A stretch of 11,526 nucleotides of DNA from an uncultured Deinococcales bacterium (GCA_964244895.1 CAXTKV010000175.1:1-11526), one strand, 5' to 3'; counted from the stretch's first letter, positions 1 through 8,313 are shown. Program-made: numbers and translations. The notes: generated by a model from the letters alone, not told the origin.

Positions 1-2
1 CG

Positions 3-890
3 TTGATCCTGACGTTCGCAATCAATTCCATCCTGAGCCTCGCGCTCGCCGGGAATCCGGCACAAGTTGCGCCGCTCAAGGTCGCCACCAGCTTTTCAAT
101 TTTAGAAGACATGGTCAAAAACGTCGGCGGCGAGAGGGTCGAAATCACAAATTTTGTGCCGCGCGACGGTGACGCGCACATCTACGAACCCGGAGCCCAG
201 GATGTCAAGCACCTGGCCGACGCGAAGCTCGTCTTTATCAACGGCGTGGGGCTCGAGGCCTGGTTCCAGAAACTCGTCAAGAATTCCGGCACGCCCGCCC
301 GCGTGATCGTGGCGTCGATGGGTATCGCGCCCAGCACATTCCAGGATGACGGTCGGGTTGTCGAAGACCCGCACCTGTGGTGGAACCCACAGAACACGAT
401 CCAGTACGTGCAGAACATTCAAAAAGCCCTTTCATCCGCCGACCCTGCGAACGCCGCGACCTACCGAACCAACGCGCAAAAGTACGCGCTCGAGCTTCAA
501 AAACTCGATCTGTGGGCCAAAGCGCAGATCGCCACGATTCCTGCTGCCAACCGCAGGCTGGTCACGAACCACGATGCCTTCAATTACTTCGCGCGCCGAT
601 ACGGGCTCAAAATTGTCGGGCTGGTCGTGCCGAGCGTCGGTACGGAGCGCGATCCGAGCGCCAGGGAAACCGCGCAACTGGTGGACACGATCCGTCGCGA
701 GAAGGTCAGGGCGATCTTCACCGAGAACGCCATCTCGGTCAAGCTGGCCGAATCGGTATCGAAAGAAACAGGCGTTAAAATTGCGCCGCCGCTCTATTCG
801 GACGCGCTGGGCGCGGCGGGAACGCCCGGAGAGACATTCTTGAAGATGTTCCGGTACAACGTCACGACGATCGTGAACGCGCTGAAATGA
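3..890 (+). CDS. Zn/Mn ABC transporter substrate-binding protein (ZnuA/TroA/MntA family, cluster A-I); true start probably at or just before the window edge
   Basis: Hydrophobic N-terminal signal. Family motifs LKVATSFSIL, DAHIYEP, NGVGLE, DPHLWW, VTNHDAFNYFARRYG and LYSDALG give a His/His/His/Asp ligand set. Followed by the cognate ATPase and permease. Confidence 0.95.
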   Translation: MILTFAINSILSLALAGNPAQVAPLKVATSFSILEDMVKNVGGERVEITNFVPRDGDAHIYEPGAQDVKHLADAKLVFINGVGLEAWFQKLVKNSGTPARVIVASMGIAPSTFQDDGRVVEDPHLWWNPQNTIQYVQNIQKALSSADPANAATYRTNAQKYALELQKLDLWAKAQIATIPAANRRLVTNHDAFNYFARRYGLKIVGLVVPSVGTERDPSARETAQLVDTIRREKVRAIFTENAISVKLAESVSKETGVKIAPPLYSDALGAAGTPGETFLKMFRYNVTTIVNALK

Positions 891-892
891 CC

Positions 893-946
893 GAAAACAT
901 CGCCCCACGCGCAATACTCAAGAATAGCGTTCCAGACGGTGTTCTT
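893..946. repeat. REP-like palindrome family 1, copy A (degenerate)
   Basis: gaaaacatcgccccacgcgc-N14-gcgttccagacggtgttctt, starting 3 nt after the SBP stop; matches the consensus of the other copies. Confidence 0.7.
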
Positions 947-981
947 TGCGCCGCCTGGTGCGTCGGTCGCGCCGGAAGCGG

Positions 982-987
982 TAGGCT
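982..987 (+). promoter_or_regulatory. -10 element of a probable leaderless promoter (ABC ATPase)
   Basis: TAGGCT followed by exactly 6 nt and then GTG at 994; no clear SD. Confidence 0.6.
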
Positions 988-993
988 GCCGAC

Positions 994-1773
994 GTGATCG
1001 CCCAGGTGACGCGCGCGCCATTCCCGACCGATCACACGCACCCGCTGGTGGACGTGCGCGATCTGGGCGTGCGGTACGGCGAAACCCTGGCGCTCGAGGG
1101 CGCGAGCTTCTGCCTGTGCCCCGGTGAATTCGTGGCTGTGATCGGGCCGAACGGGGCGGGCAAGAGCACCTTGATAAAAACCATCCTGGGATTGAACACC
1201 CACCAGTCCGGCACGATCCGCTTTTCAGATGAACTGGGTGCCCACCCGACGCGCGCCATCAGCTACGTGCCGCAACAGCAGACCCTCGAGTGGAGCTTCC
1301 CGGTCAGCGTCTTCGATCTGGTGATGATGGGTCGCGTCGGGCGGCTGGGATGGTTCAAATACCCCGGCGCGCGCGACCGCCAGATCGTGCGCGAATCGCT
1401 TCAGGCGACCGCAACCCTGAACCTGGCCGACAGACCCATCGCGGCGCTCTCGGGCGGTCAGAAACAGCGCGTGCTGCTCGCGAGGATGCTGGCTCGGGAA
1501 TCGCGGTTGTTGTTCCTGGACGAACCGTTGACCGGCGTGGACGCCGTCACCCAGGAAAGCATCTTCGAGATCCTGGAGCGCGAGCGATCAGTCGGTAAGG
1601 CGCTCTTGATGGTCACGCACGACCTGGAAGCCGCCGCCAGATGGTGCTCGAGCCTAATTTTGTTGAACAAAACCGTGATCGCTTCCGGCCCGCCTGCGCT
1701 CGTGTACACGCCCCAGAACATCGAGCGCACCTTCTCGAGTTCCCACATCGGGCATGCCCACGCCAGCGCATGA
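994..1773 (+). CDS. Zn/Mn ABC transporter ATP-binding protein (ZnuC/MntB/TroB family)
   Basis: Walker A GPNGAGKST, Q-loop YVPQ, signature LSGGQKQR, Walker B LLFLDEP, H-loop VTHD. His-rich C-terminus HIGHAH. Confidence 0.96.
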   Translation: MIAQVTRAPFPTDHTHPLVDVRDLGVRYGETLALEGASFCLCPGEFVAVIGPNGAGKSTLIKTILGLNTHQSGTIRFSDELGAHPTRAISYVPQQQTLEWSFPVSVFDLVMMGRVGRLGWFKYPGARDRQIVRESLQATATLNLADRPIAALSGGQKQRVLLARMLARESRLLFLDEPLTGVDAVTQESIFEILERERSVGKALLMVTHDLEAAARWCSSLILLNKTVIASGPPALVYTPQNIERTFSSSHIGHAHASA

Positions 1774-1841
1774 ACGCCTCTTCCGAGACTCCAGACTCGA
1801 GCGTTCGTCCCATCGCCTTCGAACGGGCGAAACCCAAATTC

Positions 1842-1885
1842 GCGTCCTGGACGGTGTTTGCCGCACGAAATACCGTCCAGGACGC
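1842..1885. repeat. REP-like palindrome family 1, copy B (arms in reversed order)
   Basis: gcgtcctggacggtgttt-gccgcacg-aaataccgtccaggacgc: the right arm precedes the left arm, and it is still a near-perfect hairpin. Confidence 0.85.
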
Positions 1886-1909
1886 AGTTTTTGAGCCTGG
1901 AGGTTGGGT

Positions 1910-2734
1910 GTGAACGCGATTCTCGAGCCGTTGCAGTACGGCTTTATTTTGCGCGGCCTGATCGGACTGACGCTGATCTCGGCGCTGTGCGGCGTGATCG
2001 GCGTGTACGTCGTGCTGCGCGGACTGTCTTACATCGGGGACGCGATGGCGCACGCGGTCTTTCCGGGCATCGTGGCGGCCTTCCTGCTCAAAATCAACTT
2101 GCTGATCGGCGGCGTGGTCGCGGCGGTGCTGACCAGCCTGGGCATCGGTTACGTCACGCAGCGTTCGGGTTTGAAGCAGGACAGCGCCATCGGGATCGTG
2201 TTCGTCGGCATGTTCGCGTTCGGGGTGGTGCTGCTCTCGAGCGCCAGAACCTACGCGGTCGATCTTTCCAGGTTTCTGATCGGCGATCCGCTGGGCATTT
2301 CAAACGAGGCGCTCTGGACGACGCTGGCGGTCGGCGCGCTGATCGCGCTGGTGCTGGCGGCCTTCCACAAAGAGTTTTTGTTGCTGGCCTTCGATCCGAC
2401 CGAGGCGCGCGTGATCGGCCTGCCGGTCGAACGCTTGAACAACCTCTTGTTGGTGCTGATCGCGCTGGCGGTCGTGCTGGCCATCCAGGTGGTCGGTACC
2501 ATATTGGTCGTGAGTTTGCTCGTGACCTCGAGTTCCACGGCGAGGTTGCTGACCAGCCGCGTGCGCACCATGATGCTGGCCGGGGCGGGCATCGGGGCGC
2601 TGTCCGGGGCGTTGGGCCTGTACGGTTCCTACTACCTGAACGCGCCCGCCGGAGCGATGATCGTGCTGGTCAACACGCTGCTGTTCGTGATCGTGCTCTC
2701 TGCACGCCGCAGACGCGATCCAGCAAGGGTCTGA
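1910..2734 (+). CDS. Zn/Mn ABC transporter permease (ZnuB/MntC, ABC-3 family)
   Basis: Multi-TM protein with [31 protein letters not shown] and [16 protein letters not shown] at 1899-1903 supports a GTG start at 1910. Confidence 0.95.
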   Translation: MNAILEPLQYGFILRGLIGLTLISALCGVIGVYVVLRGLSYIGDAMAHAVFPGIVAAFLLKINLLIGGVVAAVLTSLGIGYVTQRSGLKQDSAIGIVFVGMFAFGVVLLSSARTYAVDLSRFLIGDPLGISNEALWTTLAVGALIALVLAAFHKEFLLLAFDPTEARVIGLPVERLNNLLLVLIALAVVLAIQVVGTILVVSLLVTSSSTARLLTSRVRTMMLAGAGIGALSGALGLYGSYYLNAPAGAMIVLVNTLLFVIVLSARRRRDPARV

Positions 2735-2739
2735 AGCCA

Positions 2740-2792
2740 AAGAAGACCGTCCGCGACGCGAATCTGCGAGTACTGTCCTGGACGGCGTTCTC
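2740..2792. repeat. REP-like palindrome family 1, copy C
   Basis: aagaagaccgtccgcgacgc-N13-ctgtcctggacggcgttctc, 6 nt after the permease stop. Confidence 0.8.
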
Positions 2793-2795
2793 GCG

Positions 2796-2801
2796 TAGAC
2801 T
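2796..2801 (+). promoter_or_regulatory. -10 element of a probable leaderless promoter (moaB)
   Basis: TAGACT + 6 nt + ATG at 2808; no SD. Confidence 0.7.
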
Positions 2802-2807
2802 GCGGGC

Positions 2808-3317
2808 ATGAAAACCGGAACAGAGCAACACAGAGACCTCGCGCCCGAATCCGTGCGCGCAGTCGTGCTGACCATCAGCGACACGCGCAGCCTGGAAACT
2901 GACACGGCGGGCGCGTACCTGATCGCGGAACTCGAAGCCAAAGGCCACCGCGTGCTGGGCCGGGCCATCGTCAAGGACGATGCGACCGCCATCCGCGCCC
3001 AACTCGTCTCGTGGCTCGAGAACGCCGACGTGCAAGTCATCATCTCGACCGGCGGAACCGGCATTGCCAAGCGCGACAACACCGTCCAGACCATCGAATC
3101 CCTGCTGGACAAACCCATGCCGGGCTTCGGGGAAATTTTCAGGATGCTGTCCTACCAGGAAGTCAAAGGCGCGGCGATCCTGTCGCGAGCGCTGGCAGGA
3201 CTGGCGCGCAACACGCTGATCTTCGCGCTGCCCGGATCGTTGAACGCCGTGCAGACCGCCTGGAACGGCATCCTGCGCGACGAGTTGCCGCACCTGGTCT
3301 GGGAGACGATCCGGTAA
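2808..3317 (+). CDS. moaB: Molybdenum cofactor biosynthesis protein MoaB/Mog family (molybdopterin adenylyltransferase-like)
   Basis: Motifs [48 protein letters not shown]. Confidence 0.93.
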   Translation: MKTGTEQHRDLAPESVRAVVLTISDTRSLETDTAGAYLIAELEAKGHRVLGRAIVKDDATAIRAQLVSWLENADVQVIISTGGTGIAKRDNTVQTIESLLDKPMPGFGEIFRMLSYQEVKGAAILSRALAGLARNTLIFALPGSLNAVQTAWNGILRDELPHLVWETIR

Positions 3318-3380
3318 CGCGAGAATGAATTCGTAGTCGCGCCATGCGGGGTCGTTCACATCGAGGCGCTGTCTGGTTCG

Positions 3381-3386
3381 TATGAT
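3381..3386 (+). promoter_or_regulatory. -10 element of a probable leaderless promoter (lipoprotein)
   Basis: TATGAT + 6 nt + ATG at 3393; no SD. Confidence 0.7.
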
Positions 3387-3392
3387 TCGGGC

Positions 3393-3788
3393 ATGAAAAT
3401 GATCGTGTCGGCGGCGCTCGCGGTGGTGGGTTTGTCCGTCACGGCCTGCCAACCGGTCGGTGATCCCGTCTGTGCCATTAGCGATGGCTTCGGTCTTTCG
3501 AGCGACGCGCGCAGCGCCACGACTGCTCGCGCGATCACTTTGACGGCTTCGGTCTGTACCAACACTCCGGCACCGCCAGTCGAGTTCTACGACGGAAGCA
3601 CCAAGGTCGGTACGCTCGCCACGCCGAGCGGAAACAGGTCGGATGGCCTCAACACTTTTGATCTGTACGGGTTCTCGCCGAGTTTTACCAAGGCGCAAAA
3701 CGGCTCGCACGTGTACACCGCCAAGATCGCGTTGCGCGGCACAGTTCTGACGACCGATGCTGTGACCGTCACGGTCAACATCCCGTAA
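3393..3788 (+). CDS. Lipoprotein with a single bacterial Ig-like domain
   Basis: Signal peptide ending in a lipobox-like VTA-C19. ITLTAS, VEFYDGSTKVG, NGSHVYTAK and VTVTVNI resemble Big-type Ig domains. Confidence 0.8.
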   Translation: MKMIVSAALAVVGLSVTACQPVGDPVCAISDGFGLSSDARSATTARAITLTASVCTNTPAPPVEFYDGSTKVGTLATPSGNRSDGLNTFDLYGFSPSFTKAQNGSHVYTAKIALRGTVLTTDAVTVTVNIP

Positions 3789-3793
3789 CCCCC

Positions 3794-3845
3794 GAGAACA
3801 CCGTCCAGCACGCATTCTTAGATAGGCGTGTGGGACGGTGTTCCT
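3794..3845. repeat. REP-like palindrome family 1, copy D (between convergent genes)
   Basis: gagaacaccgtccagcacgc-N12-gcgtgtgggacggtgttcct. Confidence 0.88.
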
Positions 3846-3855
3846 CTCGCGCGAG

Positions 3856-4893
3856 CTATCGCGGCCAGGTGCGGTTGAACCACTGCTTCGGATCGGTCGC
3901 CTCGCCGTCGACGCGCATCTCGAGGTGCAGGTGAGGCCCGGTGGCGAAACCTGTCGACCCGACGAGCCCGATCACCTCGCCGCGTTTGACCTTCTGCCCG
4001 ACTTTCACCAGGATTTTTGACTGGTGAAAGTACAAACTGACGATGCCCGCGCCGTGGTTGATGCCGACCAGCCCGCCGCGAATCGGGTAGGTGCCCGCGA
4101 TCACGACCGCGCCATCGTTGACGGCTTTGATCGGCGTTCCGGTGCGCCCCACGAAGTCCTCGCCGTAGTGGTAGTTCACGATGTCGCCCTTCTTGTAGAA
4201 GCGCGCCTGAGCGAACGGGCTGATGGAGGACACCACTTCGAGCGGCGCGCTAAAAGGGAGCGTCCAGGCTTTGGCGGTCTGCATGGACGTGCTGTAGGCC
4301 GCGTCCAGCATGGTGCGCTCGCGCATGCGGTTCTGGTCGGTCAGGGTTGAAAGCACCTGCTGGCTCATGAAGACGTTGATCACGGCTTGCGGGTCGGGCG
4401 TCAATTTGAGGCTCGAGGTCAAGGTTTCTTGCGGGGTGGTCACGGCGATGGTCACCGTTTTCGGTTTCGTGCCTAGAATCTCGCGCCCGACCGCCACCCA
4501 GTCCTGAGCGTCTTTGGCCACGACCAGCAACTCGTTGCCCCACGAAATCTGGGGTTGCTGGCTTGCGCCCGACACGCGCACCAGCACGGGATCGCCGGGA
4601 ATGCAGACTGCGCGGTGCGTGATGCGCAAGGATGATGCCTTGCTCGAGGTCGTGATGAGCTTCTGCCCCTGCGATACGTCTCGAGCACCCGCGTTCGGTG
4701 GGAGCTTCAAGACTTGCCCCGGCTCGAGGGCGTCCGAAGTGAAGCCGTTGAGATTCCGCAGATCACCGACCGGAACCCTCAACGTCTTCGCGATGCCGAA
4801 GAGCGTGTCGCCCGGCTGCACCGTGTAGGACGCCGCCAGCGCCAGCCCAAAAAATGCCACCAGCCCGAACACCAACCTGAGAACGCGCCTCAT
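3856..4893 (-). CDS. LysM domain / M23 family metallopeptidase (peptidoglycan DD-endopeptidase-like)
   Basis: Signal peptide MRRVLRLVFGLVAFFGLALA, LysM (YTVQPGDTLFGIA...LNG...LEPGQVLKLP), M23 motifs HYGED, YFHQS, GSTGFATGPHLHLE. ATG at 4893 overlaps the upstream TGA. Confidence 0.93.
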   Translation of the reverse strand: MRRVLRLVFGLVAFFGLALAASYTVQPGDTLFGIAKTLRVPVGDLRNLNGFTSDALEPGQVLKLPPNAGARDVSQGQKLITTSSKASSLRITHRAVCIPGDPVLVRVSGASQQPQISWGNELLVVAKDAQDWVAVGREILGTKPKTVTIAVTTPQETLTSSLKLTPDPQAVINVFMSQQVLSTLTDQNRMRERTMLDAAYSTSMQTAKAWTLPFSAPLEVVSSISPFAQARFYKKGDIVNYHYGEDFVGRTGTPIKAVNDGAVVIAGTYPIRGGLVGINHGAGIVSLYFHQSKILVKVGQKVKRGEVIGLVGSTGFATGPHLHLEMRVDGEATDPKQWFNRTWPR

Positions 4894-5213
4894 CAACGAT
4901 CGAACTTCGTGATGCCCGCCGCCCGACGGCGGTATTCGCCGCGCACGAAATCGAGCTGACCTTCCAGATCGTAGATGCGACCCTCGCGGAACACGCCCGC
5001 ATCGACCCAACTGGTCAGCACGGGTTCGTTGTCGATCTGCACGAACAGTTTGCGGCTGCCGTCGTCCTCGAGCCAGAAGGTCAGGGTCTGAAAGCCGTTT
5101 TTGTCCGCCCAGCGCGCGGCTTCGGCGATCACGGCGTGGGCTCCAGTTTGTTCCTCGGCGGGGAACGAGACGGGTTCGTTGCTGTCCTGCATCAGGAGCT
5201 TGACTTCTGCCAC
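4893..5213 (-). CDS. Small hypothetical protein (106 aa, MAEVKLLMQD...AAGITKFDR)
   Basis: GGAGG SD 6 nt before GTG at 5213, candidate -10 TACGAT at 5255-5250, natural-looking composition, stop overlaps the M23 start (TGATG). Confidence 0.8.
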   Translation of the reverse strand: MAEVKLLMQDSNEPVSFPAEEQTGAHAVIAEAARWADKNGFQTLTFWLEDDGSRKLFVQIDNEPVLTSWVDAGVFREGRIYDLEGQLDFVRGEYRRRAAGITKFDR

Positions 5214-5302
5214 AGCGCACCTCCGGGCTGAATCGGGCGTTACAGGCGTATCGTACACGCTTCCCGGCAAAAGCTCGAGTGGTGCATGGTTCCAGCTCGA
5301 GC

Positions 5303-5354
5303 GAGAGAACCGTCCTGGGCGCACCTCGAGAACATCGTGCTGGACGGTGTTTCT
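5303..5354. repeat. REP-like palindrome family 1, copy E
   Basis: gagagaaccgtcctgggcgc-acctcgagaaca-tcgtgctggacggtgtttct, about 11 nt downstream of the P450 stop. Confidence 0.82.
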
Positions 5355-5364
5355 CGGGTTGAAA

Positions 5365-6654
5365 TCAAGATCTGGTGCGTTCGGTGACGCGCAATTTGAT
5401 GCCGTTCACCGGGAAGCCCGTGCCCTGATAGACCTGCTCTGGGCGTTCGGTCGGTTCCAGATCGAACCTGGAAAGGATCATGGCGGCCATCGCTTTGATT
5501 TCCACGGTGGCAAAATTGATGCCGATGCACACGCGCGGCCCGCCGCCGAAACCGACCAGGGCGTAAGGGTGCTTCTTGTCCTCTTCTCGGGGTGGCGCGA
5601 AACGATCCGGGTCGAAGCGCTCGGGTTGTGCCCAGATGGTCGGCAGCATGTGGCTGGCGGCGATGCCGTACACCACGCGCGTATCAACGGGGATCGTGTA
5701 ACCGCCGAACTCGAAATCCCTGGTCGCCCCGCGCGGGCCGTTGGCCACGGGCGGGTACAGGCGTTCGGCCTCCGAGAGCGCGTAGCCCAGCACCTTCATG
5801 CGTTTGACGGCCTCGAGCGTGGGTTCGCTGCCTTCGGAAACCTCTCGAAGTTCCACCCGGACGCGTTCCAGGTAGGCCGGGTCCGAGGCCAGCAGGTACA
5901 GCAACCACGCGGACAGGGAGGTCGACGTTTCGTGCCCCGCCACCAGCAGGATGTTCGTGTGACCCAAGAGTTGTTCGTCCGAGAGCGCCCGACCCGCACC
6001 GTCCCTGGCGCGAACCAGCATCCCCAGCACGTCGTCGGTCGGCGCTTCGCGGCGCGCGTTGATCTGCTCCATCAGCATCGGGACGAGCTTGTTGCGCGCA
6101 TTGCTGGAAGCCTCAAGGTACTCTTCATAAGAGGTCGCGCTCGGATCGCCCTGCAAGAGGATCGTGAACAGACGCCGGAACTCGTCCACCTGCTCGCCCG
6201 GTGAAAACCCCACCAGCGCCTCGGCGGCCACGTCGAAGGTGATCTTGCGCGCCTCGTCGTACACGTCCACCGCGCGCCCCGCCCAGTCCGCGATGCGCCT
6301 GAAAATCACGCGGTTCATGATCGGCAAGTACCGATCTATGTAATCGGTCGCGAAGGCCGGGTTCATCATCCTGCGTTGCGCGCCGTGATCCGGGCCGTCC
6401 ATGTTCAACAAGCCCCGCCCGAGCATTTCCCCGACGATCGGCGTCCAGCCCTTATCGTGACTGAACGCGTCCCGGCCATCCAACAAGACGAAACGGTTGG
6501 CTTCCGGCCCGACCATGTACACGACCCGCCCGTGATCCCAGTCCGCCTTGAAGATCGGGCCGTGCTGAAGGTACATCTGTGCCAGGAACGGCCCCACGCG
6601 CGTCTGGTAATCGTCGGGAATCGTGATGGTCGGCAGGTCGGACAGGGTTTTCAT
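5365..6654 (-). CDS. Cytochrome P450
   Basis: I-helix AGHETS, ExxR (EAER), PERFDPDRF, heme ligand FGGGPRVCIG. SD GAGGTG upstream and candidate -10 TAGCTT at 6688-6683. Confidence 0.97.
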   Translation of the reverse strand: MKTLSDLPTITIPDDYQTRVGPFLAQMYLQHGPIFKADWDHGRVVYMVGPEANRFVLLDGRDAFSHDKGWTPIVGEMLGRGLLNMDGPDHGAQRRMMNPAFATDYIDRYLPIMNRVIFRRIADWAGRAVDVYDEARKITFDVAAEALVGFSPGEQVDEFRRLFTILLQGDPSATSYEEYLEASSNARNKLVPMLMEQINARREAPTDDVLGMLVRARDGAGRALSDEQLLGHTNILLVAGHETSTSLSAWLLYLLASDPAYLERVRVELREVSEGSEPTLEAVKRMKVLGYALSEAERLYPPVANGPRGATRDFEFGGYTIPVDTRVVYGIAASHMLPTIWAQPERFDPDRFAPPREEDKKHPYALVGFGGGPRVCIGINFATVEIKAMAAMILSRFDLEPTERPEQVYQGTGFPVNGIKLRVTERTRS

Positions 6655-6732
6655 GCGTCACCTCTGTGGGTCGGTCTGAGTCAAGCTACGCTTCGCGGGT
6701 CAAGGACGTTCCCGATGAACGCACAGATGTTG

Positions 6733-6784
6733 GGGAATACCGCCCAGCACGCAAGTTCGAGAATGCGTCAGGGACGGTGTCCTC
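6733..6784. repeat. REP-like palindrome family 1, copy F
   Basis: gggaataccgcccagcacgc-aagttcgagaat-gcgtcagggacggtgtcctc. Confidence 0.82.
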
Positions 6785-6966
6785 GGGTATGACCTCCCGG
6801 CAAAAGTCAGCTCCGATGAGCTGCTCGCTCGAGACCAACCGTAAGTGTCGCCCGGTTTTTGGAAGGACAGGTCTGTGAGCTGCCCTTGGCTCGAGACGCG
6901 TTCGACGGCGCCCACGAAGAATTCTGTTCTCGAGGCTCGACGCGCAACATCCTCGAGACGCGCCTA

Positions 6967-7719
6967 TCACGAACGAACCGCTTCGATCAGCCAGGCCACG
7001 ACCTCGAGCCTGCGGGCGAAGTGCAGCAACGCGGGCGGATCGCGCAACTCCAGGCCGATACCCTGAGCCACCGTGTCGGTTTCCAGCTCGAGTTCGGCGG
7101 GTTGCAACGGCCATGGCCGGTGGTGAATCTCGCCGCGATAGATGCACCCACTGCGGTCGGCGCTGTACAGGCAGTAGCGCTCGGTCAGCCACGACTCGAG
7201 CGTGCCGGGGCTGGACTGGAACGCGCCACCGACGGGCGCGTAACGCCCTCGAAACTCGGCTGGCGGTTCACCCCGGTGCGTGCGGACGCTGGAGTACGAG
7301 ACGCTCTGGCCGGTTCGCTCGGATTTCATGCGCGCATCCATGTACGGCAGGTGGAACGCCGCCCTCGCCAGCCGAACCGCCACGGCGTTGGCCGCGTCCA
7401 GGCTGAAAAACCAGACGCCCGCCCGACCGTCGGCGCTCACGTAGGTTCTGAGGTTCAATTCCAGGAAGCGCGATAAACCCGGCACGTCCGGCGCGAATCT
7501 GGGCGCGACGCCCGTCATGCCGAACGGAACCACACCCAGCCAGGCGTGCCCATCGAAGGTATCGAGCTCGAGCCCGCGCGGGATCAACTCGCGCAGCGCG
7601 GACGCCGGAACCGGCCAGTGCGCGAACAGCAGGTCGTTCCAGACCATCCGCATGGCCCACGGGCGCGCCGGGATCGGGTACGGACGGTGCGCGGTGTCCG
7701 ACAGGAAAGCCGGGTTCAC
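6967..7719 (-). CDS. YqjF family protein (DUF2071)
   Basis: HRPYP..PWAMRMVWNDLLFAHWPV, LDTFDGHAWLGVVPF, FLELNLRTYV, GVWFFSLDA, WLTERYCLY, EIHHRPWPL. GTG start overlaps the DCC stop (GTGA, 7719-7716). Confidence 0.93.
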   Translation of the reverse strand: MNPAFLSDTAHRPYPIPARPWAMRMVWNDLLFAHWPVPASALRELIPRGLELDTFDGHAWLGVVPFGMTGVAPRFAPDVPGLSRFLELNLRTYVSADGRAGVWFFSLDAANAVAVRLARAAFHLPYMDARMKSERTGQSVSYSSVRTHRGEPPAEFRGRYAPVGGAFQSSPGTLESWLTERYCLYSADRSGCIYRGEIHHRPWPLQPAELELETDTVAQGIGLELRDPPALLHFARRLEVVAWLIEAVRS

Positions 7720-8114
7720 GCGTCCAGGAAACGCCGCCGCAACTCCGGCGTGGGCATCATGCACGAATCGCGCCGACCGAACAGCCGATACCGATGGCGA
7801 GCGATCAATCTGTACGCCCAATCTCGCAAACCCTGCGGCAGCACCATCAATGCGTAAGCCGCCGAAAACGGGAACCCCATGTCCCGCGCGATCTCGAGCG
7901 CCGCGTCCGACATGGTGAAGACTCGCCCGTCCCGCACCAGCACGACGCTCTCGGGTTGCAGGCTGTTCAGGCCGTGAGATGCCAACAGCGTTTTACCCGC
8001 CTGGGATTGCAACGAGGCGAACTGGAAATGACCGTCGGGATCGTGCCTGATGATCAGTTGCACGACCCAGTTGCAGAGGTTGCAGACGCCGTCGAAAACC
8101 ACGATAGAACTCAT
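7716..8114 (-). CDS. Thiol-disulfide oxidoreductase DCC family (YuxK / DUF393)
   Basis: VVFDGVCNLC (DxxCxxC), FQFASLQS, SDAALEI, RDWAYRLIARHRYRLFG...C. Start taken at ATG 8114. Confidence 0.93.
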   Translation of the reverse strand: MSSIVVFDGVCNLCNWVVQLIIRHDPDGHFQFASLQSQAGKTLLASHGLNSLQPESVVLVRDGRVFTMSDAALEIARDMGFPFSAAYALMVLPQGLRDWAYRLIARHRYRLFGRRDSCMMPTPELRRRFLDA

Positions 8115-8211
8115 AAAATCTATTGGATCGTACTCCCGGCGCGCTGGGCGAGATGTCCTCAAAGAGACGTTCCACAACCTTCGTCGAGCGCGGTGCGGGT
8201 CAAAACAAGCG

Positions 8212-8313
8212 TGTCGCGCTGAGCGCAGCGAAGGGTCTTTCGCCACCGTGTCGGTCGAGCACGGCGTTCTGCGCGATGGCAAAAGATTCTTCGTTTCGCC
8301 TCCTCGGAATGAC
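8212..8313. repeat. REP-like palindrome family 2 (CGTC-tagged GTCATYCYGAGCG.AGCGAAG.ATCT type), degenerate
   Basis: Left arm tgtcgcgctgagcgcagcgaagggtctttcgcca pairs imperfectly with right arm tggcaaaagattcttcgtttcgcctcctcggaatgac. The right end reads CGTCATTCC on the - strand. Confidence 0.7.

Noticed and set aside
1858..3815. Long alternative ORFs 1858-2811 (+), 2300-3118 (-) and 2670-3815 (-)
   Set aside because: They overlap well-supported genes and give Arg/Gly-rich, motif-free translations typical of high-GC shadow frames.
4894..5220. N-terminal extension of the M23 ORF to 5220
   Set aside because: The signal peptide begins at 4893, and the extension overlaps the better-supported 106-aa gene in another frame.
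5101..6204. 367-aa + strand ORF
   Set aside because: Antisense shadow of the P450 that runs through a REP; no motifs.
5365..6654. Low CTCGAG density in the P450 gene (1 site in 1290 nt) as a sign of recent transfer
   Set aside because: About 4 would be expected at the coding average. The deficit is too small to be convincing, and there are no mobility signatures.
6655..6966. Known riboswitch upstream of the P450
   Set aside because: No recognisable TPP, cobalamin, SAM, FMN, Moco or c-di-nucleotide consensus, and a candidate -10 lies only ~28 nt from the start.
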